Assembly (NCBI GenBank): GCA_963824495.1
Contig: CAWGPQ010000014.1
Coordinates: 32,001 to 96,000, forward strand
Direction of reading: 5' to 3'
Length of the DNA stretch: 64,000 nucleotides
Source of the DNA: an uncultured bacterium
Lineage (GTDB): Bacteria; Babelota; Babeliae; Babelales; Babelaceae
Shown here: piece after piece, positions 47,943 to 58,497 of the stretch
Layout of the letters: every line of letters begins with the position of its first letter
Position numbering within the stretch: position 1 is the first letter of the stretch
The notes under the pieces: generated by a model
Told to the model about the DNA's origin: nothing
The model's input: only the letters and a program-made list of their open reading frames with translations
The model's database searches: none
Program-made: the position numbers and the translations under genes

Positions 47943-49187
47943 CTATGAGTAGATGGGAAATTGTTTACATAAACGATTAACCTCTTCACGTACAAGCTGT
48001 ATTTTTGTGTCGTTATCTCTGTACCTGATAACTGTATCAATAAAAAGAGCTGCTTGCTCCGTCTGCTCTTCTTTAAAGCCCCGTGTTGTGATTGCTGGTG
48101 TGCCTATACGAATACCACTGGTAATCCATGGCTTTTCCTGATCAAAAGGAATACAGCTTCTGCTGATACTAATTCCTGCTTTTTCTAGAAGAGTTTCTGC
48201 AGCCCTGCCGGTTATATTTTTTGACCGGAGATCAATAATAAACAGATGATTATCAGTACCACCGCTGACAATCCTATAGCCAAGATCTTGAAAAGCTTTT
48301 ACCATGGCTTGGGCGTTTTTAATGACCTGTCGCTGATATTCGACAAACTCTGGCTCAAGAGCTAACTTAAAACCTACGGCTTTTGCTGCAATAACATGCA
48401 TAAGTGGTCCACCTTGCATGCCAGGCATAAGAGCACGATCAATCTGCTCTTGGTAGCACGCTTTTGACAAGATAAAGCCACCACGGGTGCCGCGAAGAGT
48501 CTTGTGAGTAGTACTTGTTATACAGTCAGCATAGGGTACTGGCGAAGTATGTAATCCTGCTGCAATAAGTCCGGCTATATGAGCCATATCGACCATAAGC
48601 AAAGCGCCAGAATTACGAGCAATCTGGGCAAATCGCTCAAAATCTATACCACGAGAGTAGGCTGAAGCACCAGCTATAATAAGCCGAGGCTTGTGCTCCA
48701 GCGCAAGCCGCTCAAGAGCCGTGTAGTCAAGCTGCTCAGTTTCTGGATGTACTCCATACTGTATACTTTTATATAACATGCCTGAAAAATTAACGGCGTG
48801 CCCATGCGTAAGATGTCCGCCTGCTGCAAGGCTCATCCCCATGATAGTATCGCCAGGCTTAAGTAACGCCATATAGGCAGCCATATTTGCTTGAGAGCCG
48901 GAGTGCGGTTGAACGTTGGCATGCTCTGCAGCAAAAACCTTCCTGCATCGTTCTATGGCAAGCTTCTCAATTTCGTCAATCCATTGGCAACCACCATAAT
49001 AACGTTTGCCAGGATACCCTTCAGCGTATTTATTCGCGAGGGCTGTCCCTAAAGCTTCCCGTACAGCTAATGGAGCGTAATTTTCTGAAGCAATAAGATT
49101 AAGCTCGTGCTCCTGACGGTCAGATTCACGGTTAATCATGTGAGAAATATCAGGATCATACGTAAGAAGTAAAGTATTCATATTCAT
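47943..49187 (-). CDS. glyA: Serine hydroxymethyltransferase
   Basis: [43 protein letters not shown]. Confidence 0.98.
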   Translation of the reverse strand: MNMNTLLLTYDPDISHMINRESDRQEHELNLIASENYAPLAVREALGTALANKYAEGYPGKRYYGGCQWIDEIEKLAIERCRKVFAAEHANVQPHSGSQANMAAYMALLKPGDTIMGMSLAAGGHLTHGHAVNFSGMLYKSIQYGVHPETEQLDYTALERLALEHKPRLIIAGASAYSRGIDFERFAQIARNSGALLMVDMAHIAGLIAAGLHTSPVPYADCITSTTHKTLRGTRGGFILSKACYQEQIDRALMPGMQGGPLMHVIAAKAVGFKLALEPEFVEYQRQVIKNAQAMVKAFQDLGYRIVSGGTDNHLFIIDLRSKNITGRAAETLLEKAGISISRSCIPFDQEKPWITSGIRIGTPAITTRGFKEEQTEQAALFIDTVIRYRDNDTKIQLVREEVNRLCKQFPIYS

Positions 49188-49292
49188 AGCAGTGCTTATA
49201 TAATAGCTTTAGTGAAAATTATAGGACGACTTTATAGTTAGTATGCCATATACTTGACGGCTCGCAAAACTTCCTATCTATACCACTTTGTC

Positions 49293-49394
49293 GAAGCTAA
49301 GAATTAGAGTTTGATCGTGTTTGTTTATGCTATATTTTTACTTAAATGACTATCTTATAATTATTATTTTAGCTTGTGTTCTCTTACCTGTCAA
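49293..49394 (-). promoter_or_regulatory. Empty ankyrin cassette: promoter/leader copy G joined directly to the gene tail
   Basis: TTGACA-17-TAAAAT; leader AGTCATTTAAGTAAAAATATAGCATAAACAAA; then CGA TCA AAC TCT AAT TCT TAG cttc (RSNSNS*). Confidence 0.75.
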
Positions 49395-49441
49395 ATACGA
49401 GAGGAAAGGGCACCCTTTCCTCCAATGGACCGTATTAATTT

Positions 49442-49876
49442 CTAATTTTCTAATGATTGCTTAAATTTGTTGAGTTCTTGTTTATGTGCGTGGTAGATTT
49501 GAGAAGCTATATGGTGATGTCTTTGGTGAAGCTCTCTCCAGTCTTGTACTTGATTTTCATGTAATGCAATAGCGTTTCTTAAGTCCTCTTCAAGTGCTTC
49601 TGCATCGAGTCCTTCATCTTTAATTCTTGTTAGTTCATAATGATAGGTATCGAAGATCTCATTATGATGTTTTTTCAGGAGATCATATTTAGCAGCATGG
49701 TACCTCTTGGCGAGTTCAAACCAATCAGCTTTGTGACGTTTTTCCATATCGCTAAATGCAAGTATCTTATCAAGTATTGAATGGCTTGGAGGGTAATCCC
49801 CATAATCGACATCTTGAGCTTGAACGTTATGTGCAAAAGGCACCATACATGAAATAGATAGCATGAGCGCTTTCAT
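49442..49876 (-). CDS. Secreted His-rich helical hypothetical protein
   Basis: Signal ...NVQA; internal repeat HKADWFELAKRYH / NQVQDWRELHQRH. Confidence 0.6.
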   Translation of the reverse strand: MKALMLSISCMVPFAHNVQAQDVDYGDYPPSHSILDKILAFSDMEKRHKADWFELAKRYHAAKYDLLKKHHNEIFDTYHYELTRIKDEGLDAEALEEDLRNAIALHENQVQDWRELHQRHHHIASQIYHAHKQELNKFKQSLEN

Positions 49877-50102
49877 AAAAATTCCCTTTCTTGGGTTAAA
49901 ACTATATATAACATCACTTATCAGTATGAATTAAAAATAATTCTAAATGCAATATTTTTTATAAACCCGTACAGTCTAAGATCCCTATTATGTGGTCTAA
50001 TAGCACATTTAGGAAATATTTGGTATACTAGCGTAAGCGTTTTGGTAGTGTGTATTTACGTATAAACTAAGCTTTGCACATGATTTTTGAAAGGGAGGAG
50101 CC

Positions 50103-50672
50103 ATGATCTCAGCGTCAGAATTTAAAAAAGGGAGTAAGCTTCTGTATAAGGGTGAGCCTTATTCGGTTCTTGAATATCAGCACGTTAAGCCTGGCAAAGG
50201 CGGGGCTTTTATGCGTACTAAGATGAAGAATCTTATAACTGGCTTAGTTCATGAAGAAACATTTAGGTCTGAAGAAAAATTTCCGACACCTGATTTAGAA
50301 TATAGAGAAATGCTGTATCTTTACCAGGATGGTGATTTTTATCAGTTTATGGATCAAGAAAGTTATGAGCAAATAGCTCTTGATCAAAAGAGCTTAAGTG
50401 ATGTACTGAATGTTCTCAAAGAGCAAACTGTCTATACTATCTTATATTTTGGCAATAAGCCTATTGCCGTAACGCCACCGATAACCATGGAACTTAGGGT
50501 AACAAGCACGATTCCAGGAGTTCGCGGCGATACAGCTCAAGGATCCGCTACAAAACCAGCAACTCTTGAAACAGGTTTAGTGGTAAATGTGCCGTTGTTT
50601 GTCAATGAAGGCGATATTGTAAAGATTGATACACGTACCGAGAGCTATATAGAGCGCGTTAACAAGAAGTAA
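50103..50672 (+). CDS. efp: Elongation factor P
   Basis: HVKPGKGGAF, PGVRGDT, KPATLETG, VPLFV. Confidence 0.97.
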   Translation: MISASEFKKGSKLLYKGEPYSVLEYQHVKPGKGGAFMRTKMKNLITGLVHEETFRSEEKFPTPDLEYREMLYLYQDGDFYQFMDQESYEQIALDQKSLSDVLNVLKEQTVYTILYFGNKPIAVTPPITMELRVTSTIPGVRGDTAQGSATKPATLETGLVVNVPLFVNEGDIVKIDTRTESYIERVNKK

Positions 50673-50698
50673 TCTCTAACTTAAGCAGGCATTATACT

Positions 50699-51202
50699 AT
50701 GTTTTTTGATGCTTTTGATGCTGATGATACCTACGACCAGAAGAGCGAGTATAATGAAGAATCTACGATTCCCTGTAGTGAACTAGCCCGTAGAGATGCT
50801 CGAGCATTGACCCTAATTCTATTGTACGCCATGGATTCCTTTGATTATCAGGTAAGCCTTGAGTCAATTGCGGATAATTTTGGCAAAAGTTTTAGGTATA
50901 GCATCGATCCGCAATGCCTAGTGTTTAAAGAAGCAGCGGCAATTATTGCTCAGCGCGATGTGCTTGATGATATAATCAAGCCGCTACTTGCTAATTGGCC
51001 GCTTAATCGTTTAGGAGTATGTACGCGCTTGATCATGCGCCTTGCCCTTTGGGAGCTCATTAATACCGATATTGTTCCGTCGATTATTATGAATGAAGCA
51101 ATAGAATTAGCTAAATGCTACGCCGAGATTGATGCCTATAAATTCGTTAATGGTGTGCTTGATGAATGGCTTAAGCGGAATAGAGGAGCTGCTCTGGAAT
51201 AA
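50699..51202 (+). CDS. nusB: Transcription antitermination factor NusB
   Basis: ARRDAR, NW...RL, NEAIELAK, FVNGVLD; follows efp. Confidence 0.9.
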   Translation: MFFDAFDADDTYDQKSEYNEESTIPCSELARRDARALTLILLYAMDSFDYQVSLESIADNFGKSFRYSIDPQCLVFKEAAAIIAQRDVLDDIIKPLLANWPLNRLGVCTRLIMRLALWELINTDIVPSIIMNEAIELAKCYAEIDAYKFVNGVLDEWLKRNRGAALE

Positions 51203-51277
51203 ATTATTGCTTTATCTACATAGTTTATTGTAAAATAGAAATGATGTAGTAATAGTATAATCTAAAGGAGCTGGCAC

Positions 51278-51784
51278 ATGATCAAAGCGTATCGCGAGTT
51301 ACTAGCTATGGTGATTGGGCTTGGTTACGGTAATACAGCCTGGGCTGCTTTTCGATTAATGTCGTTTGATGCGACTGCATCTCCGGTGACCTTTGCCGTT
51401 CCAGCCTTACCTGCTGTGGGGGTGAGTATCCAAGCAACAGAGCCACCATCTCTTCAAATTGCAGGAGATAGTCATGCTATTTTGTTACAGGAACAACTTG
51501 TTGCTCCTGATGAAATTGATACGCCCATGGCTAATCCTCTCAAAACGGTAATTTATCTTGATCAGCAGCCCTATGCACACTTCTATTATGATGCTACTGG
51601 TGGTGCTACCGGCGACTTGAGCTTAAGTTATATGGCCGATGGACGGCTCTTGGTATGGGGACTTTCAGGTGGGCCTTATGCTTTTGTTCAATGCCTTTCA
51701 AAGAATCCTTGTTGTAGTGCCACTGCTACAGCACCAACCGGGGCTGAACAGCCTAAATACCTCTGTATGTTACCTGGTCGTTAA
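51278..51784 (+). CDS. Secreted hypothetical protein
   Basis: AAGGAG RBS; signal ...TAWA; Cys-containing C-terminus. Confidence 0.6.
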   Translation: MIKAYRELLAMVIGLGYGNTAWAAFRLMSFDATASPVTFAVPALPAVGVSIQATEPPSLQIAGDSHAILLQEQLVAPDEIDTPMANPLKTVIYLDQQPYAHFYYDATGGATGDLSLSYMADGRLLVWGLSGGPYAFVQCLSKNPCCSATATAPTGAEQPKYLCMLPGR

Positions 51785-51940
51785 TGTGTCAATTTTTTGA
51801 GCACTATGCAGAGCTTGCGATGTTTGGCTCGGTAACACGAGCAGGACAGTTTGGATGGCTCTTAATGCAAGAAGAGCACCAACTTCTTCCGGTCGTCGTG
51901 CTTAATCATATTGTTTATGTTAATAGTTAATAGTTACTAG

Positions 51941-53923
51941 TTAATACAAGGGATTAGGAGTGAAGAAAAGCTTTGAGGTAAATTCTTTATCTTTAAGCTT
52001 ATTGTAGAGAGTAATAAGCTCCGTCATGGAAGGGCCCTTGAGATATATCTTGCGCATGCTTACGCCCTGTATAGTGTGAACGGGAGGTTGAGCAGGACCT
52101 AACATGGTTACAGATAGGTTTTTATTCTCAATGAGAGCATCAAATGCCCTGGCGCACTGTTCTGCTTCGGTGTCCAAGATGTGACTATCAGTGTGGCGTA
52201 ATTCAAGCTCGGCAAATCTCAAGCAGGGTGGATACCCTAAACTTTGACGATATGCAAGTTCATAGTCATAAAATTTTAGGTAATCTGTCTCTGACAAATA
52301 TGCAAAAATAGGATGCCTGATAAGTGTCTGGACTATAACAAGACTTTCGGGGCTTTGTCTGCCTGCACGTCCTGCAACTTGAATAAGCTGCTGTAACGTG
52401 ACTTCGGCTGCATTATACACCGGGAAATGAAGATTGTTATCCGCCCATAAAATACCCACAAGCGTTACATACGGGAAATGGTACCCTTTGGTGATAGTTT
52501 GAGTTCCTACCAGTATATCAAGTTCACGGTTATAAAAAGAATTAAGCGTATGCTGCCATTTTTTCTTATTTCGCGTTGCATCTAAATCTGCTCGACCTAT
52601 ACGTGCGTTGGGAAATAATTTTTCAAGAATGGTAACTACTTGCTGGGTACCGATACCGCGTTTAAGTAATGCAGTCTTCTCACATGCAGGGCAGCATTCG
52701 GGTAATTTTTGGGCAAATCCACAATAATGGCATATGAGATCGTGAGTATTATGCAACGTAAGGCTTACTGAGCATGATCTACAGGTAAAAATAAATGTAC
52801 AATCAGTGCATTGGACGAAGAAGCTATAGCCTCGACGATTTAAAAAAATAATGCATTGTTCTTTTTTGTTTAGTCGTATAGCAAGGGCTTCTTGCAGCTC
52901 TTTGCTTATCCAAAAATGGGATCTCTTGGTTTTCGTATCAAGTTTGACTAGTTTAATAGTGGGAAAAGCTCCTGCAAAGCGCTGTTTAAGCTGAAAGTAG
53001 TCCCATCCACGATTTTTACTGAGATAGAGCGATGCAAGTGAAGGAGTAGCGGAGCCCAGCAGTATAGGAATGCCTTGGAGTTTTGCTCGTAAAAGTGCTG
53101 CTTCTTTGGTATTGATTCTTGGGTGTTTTTTCTCTTGATAACCTACTTCGTGCTCTTCGTCAACTATAATCAGTCCAAGATGAGGTACTGGTAACAACAT
53201 GGGCAAATGCACGCCAATAATAAGACATGGTTTCTTTGATTTAAGCAAATGTTGCCAAAGGGCTCTTTTTTCTTGAGCACTGCTGGCTGAATGAAACCCG
53301 TAGATCAACAAATTTTTATTTAGGGAAGCTTGCAGGAGAGTGGTAAATTGTACAGCAAGCGTTACTTCTGGCAAGAGCAATATTGTAGTCTTATTATGTA
53401 TATAAGTATACTCTATAAGTTTTTTATACACTTCGGTTTTGCCTGATCCCGTAACGCCATGCAATAACGTTGGCTTGTATTCTGGCTGCTCAATATGAGG
53501 CTTGAGAAAATTCACAATGGCTTGTTGTTCAGTTGTAAGAATGGCTTGTGTTGCAGGTATCTCCTGCTCCCGCTCATGGTAATTAACAAGCGTAATCTCT
53601 GAATGTTCTTTATGAACAAGAAACTGGCGCAGCCGCTTATAAAGCGCCAGTGGCTCAAGGGCATTATACAAGCCGAGCTGTCTAATAAACTCATGATATA
53701 TAGTATCAGCAGGTATTACTTCACGGGCATAGGCTTGCTTAATCGTAAAAGATGGTGTTTGTTCAAGTTCTGGCACAATAGCACAGACGAGTGCTGTCTC
53801 AACTTTATTGCGGAGTGGCACGCGTACAAAAGAGCCAACCAACGTTCGTATATCCCATGTTTCGGGAATGCTGTACGTAAGCATTTGGCTATAACCAGTA
53901 AGTAGTTTGACGTTAATATACAT
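51941..53923 (-). CDS. priA: Primosomal protein N'
   Basis: HGVTGSGKT, DEEH, GSATPS, LNRRG, four CxxC, QVAGRAGR; likely start MYINV at 53923. Confidence 0.95.
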   Translation of the reverse strand: MYINVKLLTGYSQMLTYSIPETWDIRTLVGSFVRVPLRNKVETALVCAIVPELEQTPSFTIKQAYAREVIPADTIYHEFIRQLGLYNALEPLALYKRLRQFLVHKEHSEITLVNYHEREQEIPATQAILTTEQQAIVNFLKPHIEQPEYKPTLLHGVTGSGKTEVYKKLIEYTYIHNKTTILLLPEVTLAVQFTTLLQASLNKNLLIYGFHSASSAQEKRALWQHLLKSKKPCLIIGVHLPMLLPVPHLGLIIVDEEHEVGYQEKKHPRINTKEAALLRAKLQGIPILLGSATPSLASLYLSKNRGWDYFQLKQRFAGAFPTIKLVKLDTKTKRSHFWISKELQEALAIRLNKKEQCIIFLNRRGYSFFVQCTDCTFIFTCRSCSVSLTLHNTHDLICHYCGFAQKLPECCPACEKTALLKRGIGTQQVVTILEKLFPNARIGRADLDATRNKKKWQHTLNSFYNRELDILVGTQTITKGYHFPYVTLVGILWADNNLHFPVYNAAEVTLQQLIQVAGRAGRQSPESLVIVQTLIRHPIFAYLSETDYLKFYDYELAYRQSLGYPPCLRFAELELRHTDSHILDTEAEQCARAFDALIENKNLSVTMLGPAQPPVHTIQGVSMRKIYLKGPSMTELITLYNKLKDKEFTSKLFFTPNPLY

Positions 53924-54351
53924 TACGTGACACTCAGGCTGCTCTTGGACAAGTTCTACTAATCCCAGTATTGCCCAGTATGCCATATATCTGATGATTC
54001 GCAATGCAGGTGTAAGCATTAAATCACCGAGCGCATTAATACCAGTTGCCAGCGGGAATTGTGCTCTTTCCTGGTTCACGCTATTGCCCGAAAAATCAAT
54101 GGTCATGACTTGTAATTAGAAATTATCATGTTGTGCTGTATTAGTAAATAATTAAAGATTATTTTTGGTGCTTTTATCTAAGTAACATTATAAAGAATAT
54201 TATTATGCAGCCTAAATTTCTAGCCACCCTTATCTTTTATAGCTGTTTGGGCTAGTAGCCAATGGTTGTTCTACCTTAAATATCACGAGTATGCTATACT
54301 ATAATAAAGGGATTTTAAACACGTTCTCGTACGAGCACAAGAGGTTAAGCA

Positions 54352-57102
54352 TTGGTAGAACTTGATACCACTAAAACTATTTTTATTATTGATGGATCTT
54401 CTTTTTTATTTCGTGCGTATTATAGCATGCACCCGGTTCATACTAAGGAGGGCAAGCCAGTTCAAGCGGTGTATGGCTTTTGCCGGATGATGAAAAAGCT
54501 TATTTCAACGTTTGATCCTCGCTATATGGTTGTTGTCTGGGATGGTCAAAGTAAAACTGCCCGTCATGAGCTATTTCCAGCATATAAAGCGACACGCCAA
54601 GCGCCACCGAGCGATTTAGGTGATCAAAAAGAGCTCATAGTAAAATTTAATGACAGTATTGATCTTAAGCAGGTTCAAGTATCAGGTATTGAAGCTGATG
54701 ATCTCATGTTTTCACTGGCTCATGATTTTAATCAAAAAGGGTTTAAAGTTGTTCTTGTAACTTCTGATAAAGATATGGGTCAAGTGCTCAGTGAGGGGAT
54801 TATCATGTACGAGCCCTTTAAGGAGCTGTTTATCACCACAGAAACTATACAAGAAAAGTATAGCTTTGAGGCAGAAAAATTGCCATTCTATTTTGCTCTT
54901 GTTGGTGATGCTTCTGATAACATTCCCGGCGTAAAGGGTATTGGACCTCGTGGTGCTCAAGAGCTTGTGAAAAATTTTGATTCGTTACATGACCTTTATG
55001 CGCATCTTGAACGTGTACCTAAAGAGCGTACACGCATATTATTAAGAGCATCTGAAGATAATGCTTTTTTAAGCGAAAAGCTTTTTTTGCTTCGTTATTA
55101 TGATGTTGGGCTCACGCCTGAAGACGTATCTTTTAGCAGTGATAACTGGTTTAAGGCACGTCAATTATTTTATGATCTTGATTTTAAGTCCCTTCTAAAA
55201 GAATTTCCAGCTGAAGCTGGAATACACGTAGAGCGTGAGCAACTTGAGAAGACAAAGCATGAAGAACTGCCAGCGCCATTACATCAATTTACTACAAAAG
55301 CAATTACAAATTACCAAGAACTTGAAGAGCTTTGTGTAAAGATAGCTGAAAAGAAACTCTGCGCGCTTGACACTGAGACTGATAGTATAGACGCCATGCA
55401 AGCAGATTTAGTTGGCATTGCTCTCTGTTATGAGCTTGGAATGGGGTATTATATACCTGTCGGCCATAAAGATATTCCAAACCAGCTTGATAAGCAAAAA
55501 GTTATAGATAGAGTGCGGCCTTTACTTGAAGATTCTGCTATAAAAAAATGCATGCATAATGCTAAATTTGACTTACATGTGCTTGATCATGCTGGAATTA
55601 AGCCCCCAAAAGAGCTTATCTTCGATACGTTAGTTGCAGCAAGTCTTGTAACACCCGACTGGCAGCGCTTAGGTCTTAAGTATCTCTCAGAATTTTATTT
55701 GCATCAGAGCATGCTCTCATATAAAGATATCGTAAAGAAGAATACCTATAAAGATTTCTCCTATGTTCCACTTGATATGGCAACTGAGTATGCTGGTGCT
55801 GATGCCCATCAAACGCTAGCTCTGGCATCAGTTTTAGAAAAAGAGCTTCAAGCGCATGACCAGATTACGCTCTTTTATACGATCGAGCTGCCACTTATAC
55901 CTATTCTATACGCTATGGAACGTGAGGGGATTATTCTTAATGCAGCAGTGCTTGATGATATTAATAAGCACATTACCCATGAACTTGAGCGATTGCAGCA
56001 TCAAATTACTGAACTTGTTGGCATGACGCCTGAGACACTTAATCTTAATTCGCCCAAGCAGCTTGAAGACCTACTTTTTAATCAACTTAAGCTGCCACCT
56101 CATAAGAAAACAGCTCAGCGTACCGGATATTCTACCGACCAAGAAGTATTAAAAGAACTCGCAAAAATTCATCCTGTACCGGGGCTTATCGTCCGTTATC
56201 GTGAATTGTTTAAGCTTAAAAGTACGTATGTTGATACGTTGGTAGATTTTGTTAATCCTGAGACGGGACGTATTCATACAACATTTAGGCAGACAGGGGT
56301 AGCGACGGGGCGTCTGGCAAGCTCAGATCCCAACCTACAGAATATTCCTACTCATACTGCCGGAGTAGATATTCCTATTCGATCAGCTTTTCAAGCACCT
56401 GAAGGACATGTATTTTTGTCTGCTGACTATTCTCAAATTGAGTTGCGCGTTCTGGCTTATCTTTCTCAAGATGAACGCTTAAAGCAGGCATTTATTGAAG
56501 GGAAAGATATTCATGCTCTTACGGCGGCTGGACTTTTTGATATTCCTGTTGAGGAGGTTACCAGTAAGCAGCGAGATCTAGCCAAGCGAATTAATTTCAG
56601 TATTCTCTATGGTTTAACTCCTTATGGGTTATCAAAAGAGCTTGATATACCAGTTAAGGATGCCCAGCTGTATATAGAGAAATATTTTGCTCAGTATCCC
56701 GGTGTGGTGGCCTGGATGGATGATGTTGTACATGAGGCAAAAGAGCACGGCTATGTTCAAACCTATTGGGGTCGTCGTCGCTTTATACCAGGTATTTATG
56801 AAAAAAACAAAACACTGTTTGATCTTGCCCGTCGTGTAGCAATTAATACCAAAGCCCAAGGTACGGCAGCAGAGCTTATGAAGCTTGGTATGATCATGCT
56901 TGACAAGGCATTGCATGAAAATATATTAGGGGCACGTATGACGTTGCAGATACATGACGAATTATTACTTACGGTGCCCAATCAAGAGGTTGAGGTAACC
57001 CAGAGTATAGTGCGTGATGTGCTGCAGCACGTGGTCAATTGGAATGTACCGTTAGTAGTAACCGTGCGTACCGGTAAAACTTGGTACGATGTAACAAAAT
57101 AA
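54352..57102 (+). CDS. polA: DNA polymerase I
   Basis: IDGSS..FRAYY, GDASDNIPGV, DTET, PNLQNIP, DYSQIELR, QIHDEL. Confidence 0.98.
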   Translation: MVELDTTKTIFIIDGSSFLFRAYYSMHPVHTKEGKPVQAVYGFCRMMKKLISTFDPRYMVVVWDGQSKTARHELFPAYKATRQAPPSDLGDQKELIVKFNDSIDLKQVQVSGIEADDLMFSLAHDFNQKGFKVVLVTSDKDMGQVLSEGIIMYEPFKELFITTETIQEKYSFEAEKLPFYFALVGDASDNIPGVKGIGPRGAQELVKNFDSLHDLYAHLERVPKERTRILLRASEDNAFLSEKLFLLRYYDVGLTPEDVSFSSDNWFKARQLFYDLDFKSLLKEFPAEAGIHVEREQLEKTKHEELPAPLHQFTTKAITNYQELEELCVKIAEKKLCALDTETDSIDAMQADLVGIALCYELGMGYYIPVGHKDIPNQLDKQKVIDRVRPLLEDSAIKKCMHNAKFDLHVLDHAGIKPPKELIFDTLVAASLVTPDWQRLGLKYLSEFYLHQSMLSYKDIVKKNTYKDFSYVPLDMATEYAGADAHQTLALASVLEKELQAHDQITLFYTIELPLIPILYAMEREGIILNAAVLDDINKHITHELERLQHQITELVGMTPETLNLNSPKQLEDLLFNQLKLPPHKKTAQRTGYSTDQEVLKELAKIHPVPGLIVRYRELFKLKSTYVDTLVDFVNPETGRIHTTFRQTGVATGRLASSDPNLQNIPTHTAGVDIPIRSAFQAPEGHVFLSADYSQIELRVLAYLSQDERLKQAFIEGKDIHALTAAGLFDIPVEEVTSKQRDLAKRINFSILYGLTPYGLSKELDIPVKDAQLYIEKYFAQYPGVVAWMDDVVHEAKEHGYVQTYWGRRRFIPGIYEKNKTLFDLARRVAINTKAQGTAAELMKLGMIMLDKALHENILGARMTLQIHDELLLTVPNQEVEVTQSIVRDVLQHVVNWNVPLVVTVRTGKTWYDVTK

Positions 57103-57272
57103 GCTTATATTAAGAGTTGATGGTGATGATTGGCTTGCTCACGAGCATGTTCTTTTATTCGTAGCAAACCAAAATATACACGACTTCAAGATAGAGTAAC
57201 AGTTTAAACTTTGCTATACTTTAAAGAGTAGTGGTTTATGAGTTTTTCGCGATAGGTTATAGACGATAGATT

Positions 57273-58001
57273 ATGGATATGAATAGTGAGCAGCATGCTA
57301 CTCAGCAGACACTTGACCCTTTGGGTGACTCTTACAGTTCACTTGAGCTGATCAGGATTTCAGGAACTGATCTTGATGTTGTTAATGCAGCACGAGTTTC
57401 TTATGGTAAAAGCAGTAAGCATCTTTCTGAACGTGATCATACGCTTATTTCTTACTTGATGGAACATGGTCACACAAGCCCTTTTGAGCATAATCAGTTG
57501 TCATTTAGAGTAAAAGCTCCTCTGTATGTAGCACGCCAATGGATGCGTCATCGCATGAATTCTTATAATGAGATAAGCTATCGATATGTTAAAGCACCCC
57601 TTGAATTCTATATACCGGCTTATTGGCGCTTACAAGATACGAAAAATAAGCAAAGCTCCGGGGGAGTATACCATGATCAAGTGCTCGTCGAAGCATATAA
57701 ACACGTGCTTAAAACAGCTGTTGATGCTTATGAGCAGCTTTTAAAGCAGGGTGTTAGCCGAGAGCAAGCACGAGGTGTCTTGCCCCTCTGTACCTATACT
57801 ACATTTATCTATACTTGTAATCTGCATTCACTTATGCATTTTCTTAAGCTTCGTCTGCATAAGGCTGCTCAATATGAGATTCAGGTATACGCTCAAGGTA
57901 TGCTTGAGCTCGCTCAGCCTTACTTTCCCGTTTCACTCAAGGCATTTCGGGACAAGCACCAGATTGACATCGTACGTGATTTTGGGCATACTAGAGAGTG
58001 A
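57273..58001 (+). CDS. thyX: FAD-dependent thymidylate synthase
   Basis: AARVSY, GHTSPFEH, RQWMRHR, NEISYRY, AQYEI. Confidence 0.95.
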   Translation: MDMNSEQHATQQTLDPLGDSYSSLELIRISGTDLDVVNAARVSYGKSSKHLSERDHTLISYLMEHGHTSPFEHNQLSFRVKAPLYVARQWMRHRMNSYNEISYRYVKAPLEFYIPAYWRLQDTKNKQSSGGVYHDQVLVEAYKHVLKTAVDAYEQLLKQGVSREQARGVLPLCTYTTFIYTCNLHSLMHFLKLRLHKAAQYEIQVYAQGMLELAQPYFPVSLKAFRDKHQIDIVRDFGHTRE

Positions 58002-58008
58002 TGATGAG

Positions 58009-58044
58009 TGGGTCTTTTATACTGGGATGTTATCGAAAGACCCA
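58009..58044 (+). terminator. Hairpin after thyX
   Basis: TGGGTCTTT / AAAGACCCA inverted repeat; no clear U-tract. Confidence 0.4.
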
Positions 58045-58229
58045 TCAAACATGCAGAAATATGCGGAGTTGCAGAATCGAGCGTTTTTGCTATCATACTT
58101 TCTATACCAGTTTGTGAGTCTCATCGAGCATAAGTATCTTGTGCACGAGTATCTTGCGATAAAATCTTGGTCTAATTCGTGATTCTTAAGAAGTATTTTT
58201 TATACACTAACATGTAAGGGGTTATTATC

Positions 58230-58478
58230 ATGGCAACGAGTAAATCCGCCGGCTCTACTCAGAATGGTCGCGATAGTATAAGTAAGCGGCTAGGCGTTAA
58301 GCTTTTTGATGGACAGCGCGTAAGTGGTGGCGAAATTATTGTTCGTCAGCGTGGTAGTCGTATTCATCCGGGAAGAAATGTTGGCATGGGCAGTGATGAT
58401 ACGATCTTTGCCGTAGCTGCGGGAGTGGTTAAGTTTCACTCTGGGCCTAAAGGGCGCAGATACGTCTCTATTATTTAA
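58230..58478 (+). CDS. rpmA: 50S ribosomal protein L27
   Basis: [31 protein letters not shown]. Confidence 0.96.
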   Translation: MATSKSAGSTQNGRDSISKRLGVKLFDGQRVSGGEIIVRQRGSRIHPGRNVGMGSDDTIFAVAAGVVKFHSGPKGRRYVSII

Positions 58479-58497
58479 TCACTATAGGGAGAGTATT

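Noticed and set aside
17603..49394. Cassette repeats as a CRISPR array or integron attC sites
   Set aside because: Not regularly spaced, no attC-like R/L box palindromes, and no cas or integrase gene in the window
51919..51947. Short GTTAATA tandem repeat at the priA stop
   Set aside because: About four imperfect units in AT-rich DNA; no supportable function
53924..54106. 61-aa N-terminal extension of PriA, or a possible ncRNA
   Set aside because: PriA similarity begins at MYINV; I could not identify a known RNA structure here
57751..58182. 143-aa ORF before rpmA as a possible rplU
   Set aside because: Overlaps thyX out of frame and has no L21 motifs
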